Positions 16,406-25,879 of a stretch of DNA of 64,000 bases are shown in pieces; within the stretch, counting starts at the first letter, position 1; each line of letters starts with the position of its first letter. The notes beneath the pieces were generated by a model. That model saw only the letters and a list, made by a program, of their open reading frames with translations, was not told the DNA's origin and did not search any database. The DNA is from Candidatus Nanohaloarchaea archaeon (GTDB lineage Archaea; Nanohalarchaeota; Nanosalinia; Nanosalinales; Nanosalinaceae), in NCBI GenBank assembly GCA_042218075.1, contig JBDGRK010000003.1:1-64000 (forward strand), in the 5' to 3' direction. Made by a program: the position numbers and the translations under genes.

Positions 16406-19141
16406 TCACCTTATCCTGTATCTCAGCAGTGCAGCGATTCCTCCCATGTTCATCAGTCTCTGGCCTTCCTCGTGATCTGTTGAGATGATCTCCAGCTCGG
16501 AACCCATATCTTCAGCCTTCTCGGCCATCACGTCGACGATATCCTGGATCTCCTCAAGATTCATCTCTTCCCCACATTCATCGCACTCCACGCTCTCCTC
16601 AATCTCTGGTTGTTCCTCGAAAACTTCTTTCTCGTGGTCGTTCGGACACCTGTAAATGGCCTCGAAGTGATCAAAGTCCTCCGATATGAGAACAGTATCC
16701 ACCGCTCCCATCTCCATCGCCTTCATAACCGGTTCAAGACCGTACTCAGACTTCCCGTTCTCCTGCTTCAGGTTGTCAAAGAAATTCTTCATCAGCTGTT
16801 TCTCTTTAACAGCCTGCGAATCTTCGATCGCGTCCTCAGCCTTGTCTACAAGAAGGCTAAAACCCGCTTCTCCAGATGTATCAAGTGACTTGACATCGAT
16901 CACTTTCTCCTGAAGTTCCTGTTGAAGGTAGTCGTCTTCAACCAGCTTATCCTTGACGAATCCAGGCCCTCCGACAATTATTCCCAGCAGCTTGTCCTCC
17001 CTAGCTTTGTCAAGAAAAGCCTTCTTCGCGTTCTCCGCGATATCTCCGAGGAATGTCTTCAGCATCTCCTCTCTCAACCGGGCGAATCTCTGGGCCGAGT
17101 TGTGTACTACCAAATTGTTAGCTATGAAGTTCCCGGCCTCCACCGATATATCGACAACCTCTCTCTCCTCGAGCTTCTCTATAGATTTTATCTTGGTCGG
17201 CAGGAGAGCATTTTTGTGAATATCCTTCATTTCTTCCCTCAATTCGCCGGAGGATTCCTCTAATATGTTCCTCTGGAATGCAGTTTTGCTTATTTTCCTG
17301 TTTCCCTGCAGGTAGGTGTTTGCCTCCCAGTAATCTGAAATTTGAGATCCTTTCTGCTCGATGATTTCCCTTACCTTTTCCCCTCCCTCAAGAACCTGTC
17401 TATTGTTGCACCTGTCTTTCTCCAGGTCGCAGATTTTCTCCAGTTCTTCTTTTTTTCTATCACTGCTGAAACCTATCTTTTGCCTGAATTTTTGGAGTGA
17501 TTTAGCGTCGGTGATATCTACTGTATATCTTTTGTTGTCTGTATAGGGGTTTTCTGAATTATCGTATTCTCTGAGAGAGGAAATTATGCCCTGCTGCAGC
17601 AAAGCCGACTGTAGCTGCTGCATCAAAGTCTTATTATTTGCAGAAATTCCTACTCTGCTCCTGCTTTCCGAGCAGTGGCCTTCCGCGTCATAGAATCCTC
17701 CTATGAAGCTTTTCAGTATTTCTTCATCCGATCTGAGAATCTTTGCCGGTATTTCAGTATTTCTCGAGTCATTGATCTCCGGGAATTCGTTTTTCACGAA
17801 CTCTACCAGTGGTTTACCGAAGGCCCTGAGCCTGTAATAATTCTTGTCTTCTCTGAATTTGATACTTGTATCGCAGTCAAACTTTCTCTCAATAATGTTG
17901 CTGTAAAACTCCGCCAACTCTTTATCTCCTTCATGGAAGTTCAGCCTTTCTGGATCAAAACTGCCGTCTCCAGCGAAGTAACCCAGTATCCGTGACAGTT
18001 CTTCATCCAGTTTCTTCGGGAGCCTGTATTTCCGTGATCTGCAGTCGTACTGTGCAAATTCTAGAAAATTCAATCCAAGTTCCCTGCAGATCTTCTCAAG
18101 CAGTTCCCTTTTAACCGCTCTTTCACCCAGTTCTATCTTTGAAATCGCTGTCTGCGTGGCTCCAACTGCCTCTCCAAGCTCCCTCTGGGAAAAGCCATAA
18201 GATTTTCTTGCCTCCCTCAATTTTTCTCTCCCTTTCTCCGATATCAGAAAGGAGTTGCAGTACCTTTCCGGCGCAAGTAAACAGTCTTTTGAGCCGTTAT
18301 CCAGTTCACTGGGGAATATCAGGCTTTCTCCAACTTCCAGGTCTTCCACAGATTTTTTGGATAGTTCAGAGGTGAAGACCTCATGATCCTCCGACGCTAT
18401 CAGCTTTTTCTCTGGAAACTTTGTCTCTATCATGTGAACTTGCTTTTCCTCCCTCCACTTGTCCAGGACTTCGGAATCTCCTATCTCCATCGATTCCAGA
18501 TCCACTGACTTCACTGAATCTCCGACCTGAACCTCGCTGATTCTTTTCAGATTCCCGTCCGACATCTGGACCATTGTATCGGGATCAAGACACTGGCCCC
18601 CCGCCCGGGTCTTTCCCGGAACATTTGATTCCATGGTGTAAGCGGTCTTGATGCTGTTGCCCTGGAGGTAACCGATCGCTGCCTCGTTCTTGTCCGCCAC
18701 GATAAGACCGTATACGCGGTCGTCGACGATCATCTGCTTCAGGGGCTCCAGAACAAACTCCTTGTCGCACCTGTACCTCCTTGATTCGATAGGTTCCGGC
18801 GGAACTACTTCCCAGATCTCTATCTCCGGCCTTCCCTCTGTGTCCGATACGTTCCCGGAGAAGAATACCACACCGTTCTCCGGTGTCTCCTGTTCTTCCC
18901 GGACTTTCCTACCGATCTTACCGAGCGCATCCTGGACGTTTGTCCTGGTGTGCTTCGACTTGATGTTCTCAGCCTCGCTCTGCTCAGAGGTGATGAAGTC
19001 GGAAATCTTAGACATATCGTAGTCCGCTGGTATGTACAGGGATACGAGCTCGGTGTTCCTTCCCCTGATATCCTCCAGCTCCGAGATCAGCTTCTTCAGC
19101 TGGTACTTGTTCATAGAGTTCCCGTTGTTTTGCTCGGTCAT
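16406..19141 (-). CDS. prf1: Peptide chain release factor aRF1 containing an intein
   Basis: ELVSLYIP, NIKS, YRCD, GGQ|S, GGIAALLRY; exteins total 413 aa. Confidence 0.96.
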   Translation of the reverse strand: MTEQNNGNSMNKYQLKKLISELEDIRGRNTELVSLYIPADYDMSKISDFITSEQSEAENIKSKHTRTNVQDALGKIGRKVREEQETPENGVVFFSGNVSDTEGRPEIEIWEVVPPEPIESRRYRCDKEFVLEPLKQMIVDDRVYGLIVADKNEAAIGYLQGNSIKTAYTMESNVPGKTRAGGQCLDPDTMVQMSDGNLKRISEVQVGDSVKSVDLESMEIGDSEVLDKWREEKQVHMIETKFPEKKLIASEDHEVFTSELSKKSVEDLEVGESLIFPSELDNGSKDCLLAPERYCNSFLISEKGREKLREARKSYGFSQRELGEAVGATQTAISKIELGERAVKRELLEKICRELGLNFLEFAQYDCRSRKYRLPKKLDEELSRILGYFAGDGSFDPERLNFHEGDKELAEFYSNIIERKFDCDTSIKFREDKNYYRLRAFGKPLVEFVKNEFPEINDSRNTEIPAKILRSDEEILKSFIGGFYDAEGHCSESRSRVGISANNKTLMQQLQSALLQQGIISSLREYDNSENPYTDNKRYTVDITDAKSLQKFRQKIGFSSDRKKEELEKICDLEKDRCNNRQVLEGGEKVREIIEQKGSQISDYWEANTYLQGNRKISKTAFQRNILEESSGELREEMKDIHKNALLPTKIKSIEKLEEREVVDISVEAGNFIANNLVVHNSAQRFARLREEMLKTFLGDIAENAKKAFLDKAREDKLLGIIVGGPGFVKDKLVEDDYLQQELQEKVIDVKSLDTSGEAGFSLLVDKAEDAIEDSQAVKEKQLMKNFFDNLKQENGKSEYGLEPVMKAMEMGAVDTVLISEDFDHFEAIYRCPNDHEKEVFEEQPEIEESVECDECGEEMNLEEIQDIVDVMAEKAEDMGSELEIISTDHEEGQRLMNMGGIAALLRYRIR
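17099..18592 (-). mobile_element. Intein (498 aa) with XRE-HTH and LAGLIDADG endonuclease
   Basis: Starts CLDPDT, block B SEDH, motifs LGYFAGDG and IGGFYDAEG, ends VVHN followed by extein Ser. Confidence 0.95.
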
Positions 19142-19340
19142 GCCACTGCATACGTCTAGAATTCTTTTTAAGATGAACAGAGAAGGATTGAATGTTGGTT
19201 TTGTTTGACGGGTTATATTGAGTTAAAAAATAAATTTAATTGTTTAAAAATTGCAAATTAGCTGGAAAATATTTCAAGTCGAGTTTTTGATAATTTAAAA
19301 ATTTTTAATATTTTATTCTGGCTTAAAATTGTGAAATAGA

Positions 19341-19631
19341 ATGAAAATTTTTGAGGTCGAAGATATTTTTGGCAATATTATTGTTCTGACCAATGAAAGG
19401 TGGAATCATACCATAAGGCATAAGGTTCCCGGAATAGAGTCTCTAAAGAGATCACTGAGAAAACCGTATGAGGTCAGAAAGAGCAGATATGATGAATATG
19501 TTTTTCTTTATTATAGAAGGTTCTCCGGAAATTTTCTCAGCACTGTGGTTCAAAGTAAAGATGGATTTTTAATGACAGCCTACACAACTGATAAAATAAA
19601 GTAGGGTGAACTGGTATGGAAGCAGAAATGA
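19341..19631 (+). pseudogene. RelE/DUF4258-like toxin, probably truncated by TAG at 19602-19604
   Basis: LTNERWNH...LYYR...TAY pattern; reading through TAG gives a GELVWKQK tail overlapping the next gene. Confidence 0.55.
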
Positions 19632-19846
19632 TAAGGTAAGATGAAGAAGCCGACATTCTTTATCTGTGGTCTGAAAATCCCGAGGAAGTGGAAAATATAG
19701 TGAGCGAGGAGACTGGTGAAGAAATTCTGATCGAGAGGAAGGCTTCAACGGGAGAGAGGGTAGGTTTGACGATAATGCACTTTACTGAAAGAATAGATGC
19801 AGAAAAAGGATTGAATTTGAATGCTGAACTTACCGGAATAGCCTGA
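19616..19846 (+). pseudogene. DUF2283-family antitoxin with in-frame TAA
   Basis: SD GGTGA; MEAEMIR*DEEADILYL...GERVGLTI; TAA at 19637-19639 sits where the Tyr of the YD.EADILY motif is expected. Confidence 0.7.
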
Positions 19847-19848
19847 AT

Positions 19849-22455
19849 CTATTTCACGATCACTACCGATCTTTCAGTCTCCAGCATCTCTCCCTCTCCT
19901 GTGAACTCTCTTTCCTCCTCAACCTCGTACATCTCCGCGGGGATGTGATGATCTGCTGCGTAGAGCATTCCGGATTCGATGTTCCATTCCTGGTTTTCCA
20001 GCGCATCCTCTATCTCGGAGACATCGTCTCCAAACTTTGGACCTGCCTTCGAGTAGTCCAGCTTTATCTCCTTTATCCTGTCCTCAGTCTCTGGTTCTCC
20101 GTCTTTCAGCTTGAGGTTTTCTACGTGCATTACTTCCTGTATCGCTGCCTCAAAGCCCTCAATTTCCGCGTAGACGTGTACCTCTCCAATAGACTGGTTC
20201 AGCGCCATGCCTTTCTCGTTCTTGTACTTCCTCAGGGCTGAGATGACCTCCATCGCGGTCTCTCCTTTCTCGAGGTCGGCTTGGATCCCTTCTTTACCAG
20301 GCCATTTACTCCTGTGTATGCTTTCTTCTTCCTCGTACATATCCCTCCAGATCTCCTCAGTTATGAAGCAGATGAAGGGAGCGAATAGCTTCAGGAACTT
20401 CCTGTGGCATTTCTGGAGAGTGTACCTTGCGGCTAGATCCGCCTCTTCATCAAGCCTCTGCTTCGCAATCTCAAGGTAGTCGTCGCAGAACCGCTCCCAG
20501 AAAATGTGTCTTATCCTGTCTCTGGCTTTCGAGTACTCGTAGTTCTCCATCTTATCAGTGGCGAACTCGACCAGCTCGTCGACTTCCGCCAGCATCCAGC
20601 GGTCGATTTCCTCTAATTCTTCCTCCTCGATGTTCGGGAGGTTTCCTCCAGCTAGATCTTCAACCAGCTTCGAGGCGTTCCACAGCTTTCTCATGAGTCT
20701 TTCTCCAGTTCTCAATTCCTTTTTCTTGAAGGGGAAATCATCTCCAACCTTGGATCCCGCAGCCCAGTACCTTGCTGCATCGACCGGGAATTCTTCCAGG
20801 ACTTCTTCAGGTGTAACGACGTTGCCTTTTGATTTGCTCATTTTTTCCCTATTCTCATCCAATACATGACCGTGATTCATCGTTGCCTTGAACGGGACTT
20901 CTCCTGTATGCTCCATACATTTTACAATCGTATGAAAGAGCCAGAAACTGATGATGTCATGTCCTTCAGGCCTCAGATCAAAATTGTAAAGTTCAGGTCT
21001 CTCCATCTGGAATTCTTCTATTTCTTCATTCCAGTCCCAGTGGGCGTTTATCAGGGGAGTAAGGCTGGATGTCGCCCAGGTATCGAACACATCTTCTTCT
21101 GGGATGAAATTCGAGTTTCCGCATTTCTCACATTTTTCTATAGCGGGTTCATCTTCAATGGGATCGACCGGGAGGTTTTTCTTTCTGGCTATGACTTCCT
21201 CTCCACAATCTTCGCAGTACCATACCGGGAAAGGTATCCCAGAATCTCTCTGCCTGGAGATGCACCAGTCCCATTGAAGACCTTCTATCCAATGCTTGTA
21301 TCTCGTGTGCATTTTCTCGGGAATCCAGTCCATCTCCTCACCTGCCCTGAGGTATTTTTCCTTGTGGTCCAGAAGTTCTACGTACCACTGTTCCTTCACC
21401 AGGAACTCTATTCCCTCTCCACAGCGCTCGTGGACCTGAACCGTATGCTGAATCTGTCTCCTGTCAAGGAGATAGCCTTCCTCCTCTAGATCTTTGACTA
21501 TCGCCTCGGAGGCTTCCTCTGTGCTCATTCCCTCGTATTTTCCGGCTTCTCCAGTCATTGTTCCCGACTCGTCTATCGCTATCTTGAGGTCGAGATCGTG
21601 TGCCTGGTACCACTCTATGTCTGTCTGGTCCCCGAAGGTGCAGCACATTACAATTCCAGAGCCGGTCTCCATGTCTACCCTCTCGTCTTCCAGTATCGGC
21701 ACTTCTCTCTCAAAAAGCGGTACAATGGCTTTTTTCCCGACCAGCTCCTGGTTCTTTTCGTCCTCCGGGTGGACGAATATCGCTACGCATGCCGGCAGAA
21801 GCTCGGGTCTGGTAGTAGAGATTTTGATCGAGCCACCATCAGCGAGCGGGAACTCTATATCGTTGAAGTGGGAGTGCTGCTGGTCGTCCTCCGTCTCGAC
21901 CTGACTTATCGCTGTTTCGCATTCAGGGCACCAGATCGTGGGAGCATTTTTCCTGTATTCCCTTCCTTTTTCGTAGAGATCGATGAAAGAGAGTTGGGAT
22001 ATTCTCTGAACTCGCGGCTCTATTGTCTTGTAGGTGTTTGTCCAGTCATGGGATAGCCCCAGAGACTGCATGTTCTCTGTAAATTCTTTTTCGTATTCCT
22101 CACAGACCTGTCTGCACTTTTCCTGAAATTCTCTCCTTGTGAAGTCCTGATGCCTAATACCCAGTTCTGATTCTGTCAATCTCTCAGAGGCTATGCCATT
22201 GTCGTCGTAGCCGAATGGCTGAAAAACCTTCTTCCCTCTCATTCGCTGAAATCTTGCCTGGAAATCCTGTAATGTCTGACCGTATAGATGCCCCATATGC
22301 AGTGATCCGGAAACGGTGGGAGGCGGAGTATCTATCGAAAATACGTTTTCTCTATCAGTCTCACTGTCTCCCTGATATGCGTAGACCTGTTTTTCAACCC
22401 ATTTTTTCCTCCATTTTTCCTCGACTTCTTCCGCTCTGTATTCTCCTTCCGGCAT
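19849..22455 (-). CDS. valS: Valine--tRNA ligase
   Basis: IDTPPPTVSG, HMGH, DWCISRQR, KMSKS; likely start MPEGEY at 22455. Confidence 0.97.
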   Translation of the reverse strand: MPEGEYRAEEVEEKWRKKWVEKQVYAYQGDSETDRENVFSIDTPPPTVSGSLHMGHLYGQTLQDFQARFQRMRGKKVFQPFGYDDNGIASERLTESELGIRHQDFTRREFQEKCRQVCEEYEKEFTENMQSLGLSHDWTNTYKTIEPRVQRISQLSFIDLYEKGREYRKNAPTIWCPECETAISQVETEDDQQHSHFNDIEFPLADGGSIKISTTRPELLPACVAIFVHPEDEKNQELVGKKAIVPLFEREVPILEDERVDMETGSGIVMCCTFGDQTDIEWYQAHDLDLKIAIDESGTMTGEAGKYEGMSTEEASEAIVKDLEEEGYLLDRRQIQHTVQVHERCGEGIEFLVKEQWYVELLDHKEKYLRAGEEMDWIPEKMHTRYKHWIEGLQWDWCISRQRDSGIPFPVWYCEDCGEEVIARKKNLPVDPIEDEPAIEKCEKCGNSNFIPEEDVFDTWATSSLTPLINAHWDWNEEIEEFQMERPELYNFDLRPEGHDIISFWLFHTIVKCMEHTGEVPFKATMNHGHVLDENREKMSKSKGNVVTPEEVLEEFPVDAARYWAAGSKVGDDFPFKKKELRTGERLMRKLWNASKLVEDLAGGNLPNIEEEELEEIDRWMLAEVDELVEFATDKMENYEYSKARDRIRHIFWERFCDDYLEIAKQRLDEEADLAARYTLQKCHRKFLKLFAPFICFITEEIWRDMYEEEESIHRSKWPGKEGIQADLEKGETAMEVISALRKYKNEKGMALNQSIGEVHVYAEIEGFEAAIQEVMHVENLKLKDGEPETEDRIKEIKLDYSKAGPKFGDDVSEIEDALENQEWNIESGMLYAADHHIPAEMYEVEEEREFTGEGEMLETERSVVIVK

Positions 22456-22717
22456 TTTATCTTCCCTGTAGAACTGCTCGAGAGGCAATCTTAAAATGGT
22501 TTTTAGTCGGCTTGATAGAACTGTAGCTAGTTGTTTCAAGTTTCATGCAGAGATCAACTCCAGAAATATAAGACAGGACAAACCTGGTATCATGAAGACT
22601 GGCTCTACTGTTCCGAATTCCGCGGGTGAACAAAGCGTCCACCCTTCTGCCAGTCAAAACTCATGTATGCACAAGCTGTGCCAAAGAGTTTTATTTCTAT
22701 CCGATAAGCCTAGGTCA

Positions 22718-23521
22718 ATGAAAATCCTGGTTGTGGGTGACTGCCACGGCAAGATGCCAAGTATTCCGGATCAGGAATTCGACTTAATTCTATGCGTGGG
22801 AGATATCTGTGGCGGGACTGAAGAGATGCGTTCTGTGATGATGGATGCTATAGAGGATGAAAGGCAGTGGCATGAGATCGTGGGGGAGGAAAATGCAAGG
22901 CAGATGGTCCAGGAATCCATAAAAGAGGGAAGAGAGATACTTGAAAGGCTGGATGAGTTGGGGGTTCCGGTGCTTGTCGTTCCAGGCAACTGGGACTGGA
23001 CCGGTGAGAACTCGGAGTGGGAGTTTCTAGAGGCGAGAGGGTACCCTGGGATGCTTAAGGGAATGGAAAACATTGTCGACCTTAACCTTTCCAGCTTCAA
23101 AAAATCAGGATATAATTTCGTGGGCTACGGGCCCTGTCCCTCACCGGAACTACCACAGTACGAGCAGGATTTCCCGGGAGAGGAGGAATTGGAGGAGCTA
23201 AGACGGGAGTATAGGCAGAATAAACAGAAGCTAGCGGAACTGCTAGAAGAATCTGGGAATACTGTTTTGCTTTCTCACAATGTTCCGAATGATACCTCGC
23301 TTGACAGGATTGAGGATGAAGATAACCCTGAGTACGGTAAACATTTTGGCTCGATAATTGTCAGGGAGCTAGTGGAAAATTACCAGCCGGAGTACTGTAT
23401 CGCCGGCCACATGCACGAGGGAGAGGGTAAAGAGAGGTTAGGAAAGACTCTCTGCCTTAATACCGGGCTTGAGACAGTCTGGAACCTGGATACCGAAACC
23501 GGCGAGCTAAAAAAGATTTAG
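22718..23521 (+). CDS. Calcineurin-like metallophosphoesterase
   Basis: DxH, GD, GNWD, SH, GHMH motifs; start MKILVVGDCHG. Confidence 0.9.
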   Translation: MKILVVGDCHGKMPSIPDQEFDLILCVGDICGGTEEMRSVMMDAIEDERQWHEIVGEENARQMVQESIKEGREILERLDELGVPVLVVPGNWDWTGENSEWEFLEARGYPGMLKGMENIVDLNLSSFKKSGYNFVGYGPCPSPELPQYEQDFPGEEELEELRREYRQNKQKLAELLEESGNTVLLSHNVPNDTSLDRIEDEDNPEYGKHFGSIIVRELVENYQPEYCIAGHMHEGEGKERLGKTLCLNTGLETVWNLDTETGELKKI

Positions 23522-24291
23522 AAGTCGCCAAGCGACCTGTTACCCGGGTACTCCATTCCATCTTCGGCAAAAATAACTTTCGGTTCAATCTCTTGATCCA
23601 GCCATTCTTTCTGCTTTTCTAGATTCTGGTCCAGGAACTTGTAGCCGAAATGCGTGATTATCACCGTTGAAACATCCAGGCCTTCGACTATACTGGGGAC
23701 ATCGTCAAGAGAGGTGTGACCCTCTATCGAGCTGTTTCTCGGTCTCGCACAGTAAATAACAAGAGTGTCGCATCCGCTGTAAAAATTCGTGAGCTCCCCT
23801 GAGTACTCTGAATCAGTCCAGAAACCAACGGATTTACTTCCGTCTGATATCTTTAACCCCTGTGTCTTGGGATCCCCGTGGAACATCTGCTGGCTCTGTA
23901 TCTCGAGATCTCCGAATGCGTGACTCGATGCCTCTTCAAGTTTATCTACTCTTCCGCAGAGTTCCTGGTGGTAGGATGTTATCATCTTATCTATGTCGGC
24001 ATATCCTTCCAGGGTTGATTTGTTGGCGAAGATTGCTCCGGGTTTGTCATGTGACTGTGTCATCATTTCGATGAGAGCGTTTGCATCGTTGCAGTGGTCT
24101 AGATGACCGTGCGAGACTATCACTGCCTCTGTATCTTCTGGCCTGTGTTCTTGAGCCTGGATCAATGCTCCTGGACCAGGATCGATATGAACCTGGGTCT
24201 CATCTGTACAAAGAATGATCCCGCCCGTTTTCCTCCTCTGAACTCCTGTAACGTATCTCCCGCCTCCTGTTCCCAGGAATTTTAGCTTCAT
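23518..24291 (-). CDS. Metallo-beta-lactamase-fold hydrolase
   Basis: FLGTGGGR, IDPGPG, SHGHLDH, THFG. Confidence 0.9.
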   Translation of the reverse strand: MKLKFLGTGGGRYVTGVQRRKTGGIILCTDETQVHIDPGPGALIQAQEHRPEDTEAVIVSHGHLDHCNDANALIEMMTQSHDKPGAIFANKSTLEGYADIDKMITSYHQELCGRVDKLEEASSHAFGDLEIQSQQMFHGDPKTQGLKISDGSKSVGFWTDSEYSGELTNFYSGCDTLVIYCARPRNSSIEGHTSLDDVPSIVEGLDVSTVIITHFGYKFLDQNLEKQKEWLDQEIEPKVIFAEDGMEYPGNRSLGDF

Positions 24292-24337
24292 GGAATGCTA
24301 GGGAACAGTCACACTAATTAAGTTTTATTGTAACATT

Positions 24338-24664
24338 TTGTTTAAGGGGATCAAAATGTTCGAACTGGGATTTCCAAAAGAAATCAAGGAATTTGAGTCT
24401 AATGGCTCTGGATATTATAATTATGTAGAGTTCACATACTTTGACCCACATCACGAGGAATGGAAAGAAAAGGAGGCTGTCAAGGTAGATGAATCGCGCA
24501 ACTATATAGTTTATAGAATACAGCCGGGTGATTGGAATCCTGACACTTATACGAATAGGAAAGAGTTGAAGGAAGAAAGGGATTCGGTAGAAGTAGATAA
24601 GGTGGCGGCGAATATTGAATTGGAAGAATTTGTCAGCAGAATTCTAAACCAGCTGCATTCGTAA
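24338..24664 (+). CDS. Hypothetical protein
   Basis: AT-rich orphan ORF; start may be ATG 24356. Confidence 0.55.
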   Translation: MFKGIKMFELGFPKEIKEFESNGSGYYNYVEFTYFDPHHEEWKEKEAVKVDESRNYIVYRIQPGDWNPDTYTNRKELKEERDSVEVDKVAANIELEEFVSRILNQLHS

Positions 24665-24845
24665 ATTTGTTCTCAATCAGTGAAAACATTTATATGTTGT
24701 GATGAGTAAATAACAACATATGATGATGGTCGTCGACTCCGCATACAAAGAAGTGACATCCCAGGATGTAGAGAAACTGACCGAGAACTTCGAAAACCGG
24801 AACGTAAGACTCCAGAAAAAGAGTTTCCAGACTGGGTGATTTTTG

Positions 24846-25130
24846 ATGGAGATGGATAATGGAGGCTCTTGGATATCTATAGATGAATCTGAAGATTGTG
24901 AAGTTTTTGTACCCGGGTATATGGATGAACCTGAGATTGATTCCTTGATGATCAAATATGAAGGCACGGTCTATGAAGCCCGTATTAAAGGTCAAGAATA
25001 TGAGGTTCGTACCTTCGGTAATTTTAGATCTCAATCAAGTTACCTCGAGCAAGGTTCGGAGACTGAGGTCGCTGAAATCTTAGAGGAGGAATTTTTGGAA
25101 ACCCGTAAAAATCTCGTTCAAAATGATTAG
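24846..25130 (+). CDS. Hypothetical protein
   Basis: ATG 6 nt after GGTGA; preceded in frame by a 39-aa ORF (24720-24839). Confidence 0.55.
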   Translation: MEMDNGGSWISIDESEDCEVFVPGYMDEPEIDSLMIKYEGTVYEARIKGQEYEVRTFGNFRSQSSYLEQGSETEVAEILEEEFLETRKNLVQND

Positions 25131-25142
25131 GATCTTTCATCA

Positions 25143-25871
25143 ATGAATCTTGATTATGATGATCTGGAAAATATAAGACCTTTCGAGCGTGCAGCCGAAG
25201 ATAGAGGATATGATATCGGTGATAATTCAGGAGATATGGAAGTAGCAGAAAAAGATGGTGAAAACTTTATCATAAAATATATGGATAGGGAAGAGGCTGC
25301 ACTCTATATTCTGGCTGAAGAATTATCAGGTAGAATTACTGTAGATGTAAGGGTTCCACAAGTTTCTTATGATGAGGATAGAGGTGTTCTAATATCAGAG
25401 GAAGCTGGCGATCCCAGAGGAAGACTCCCTGAGGCCCAAAAGGCTACAGAATCTATTATTAACACATATGCTTTTGAATCTCTCATTGGCCAAGGAGATC
25501 TTAACAATAAGAACACTGATTACGATGGGCAAGGAATCTTTGCATATGATTTTTCGAATATAGGAAGAGATATCAGGCAGGTATATCCTGGCGCCAAAAA
25601 GGAAGCCGAGGAACTTGCTCAAGAACTAGGAGTAGATTCAAGAATTGACAGATATGATGTGATTGGAGAGAGGCTTTCTGAAATTGCTGAAGATACAGGT
25701 ATAATTGATGCAATGCATGAAGTTAGGCGAAGAGTTGGAGTAGTTCCCAGAAGTAATGAACAAATTTACGAAAACAAAATTCTCGCGAGGAGCGCTGGTA
25801 AAGATATATCTCCATCGCAACTACTTACTCCTGATTCATCATCTCACGATGACGCGGTAATCATAAGTTAG
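25143..25871 (+). CDS. Divergent HipA/PI3-4-kinase-like protein
   Basis: FIIKY, VPQV, LIGQGDLNNKN, AYDFS in kinase order. Confidence 0.5.
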   Translation: MNLDYDDLENIRPFERAAEDRGYDIGDNSGDMEVAEKDGENFIIKYMDREEAALYILAEELSGRITVDVRVPQVSYDEDRGVLISEEAGDPRGRLPEAQKATESIINTYAFESLIGQGDLNNKNTDYDGQGIFAYDFSNIGRDIRQVYPGAKKEAEELAQELGVDSRIDRYDVIGERLSEIAEDTGIIDAMHEVRRRVGVVPRSNEQIYENKILARSAGKDISPSQLLTPDSSSHDDAVIIS

Positions 25872-25879
25872 TGATCTTG

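Noticed and set aside
3424-19639. Stop-codon reassignment suggested by in-frame TAA/TAG in three accessory genes
   Set aside because: Core genes end normally in TAA, TAG and TGA (e.g. trxB, atpB, gatB) and have no internal stops
22457-22717. N-terminal extensions of valS and the metallophosphoesterase, and a 66-aa ORF
   Set aside because: No family similarity; conserved starts lie at 22455 and 22718
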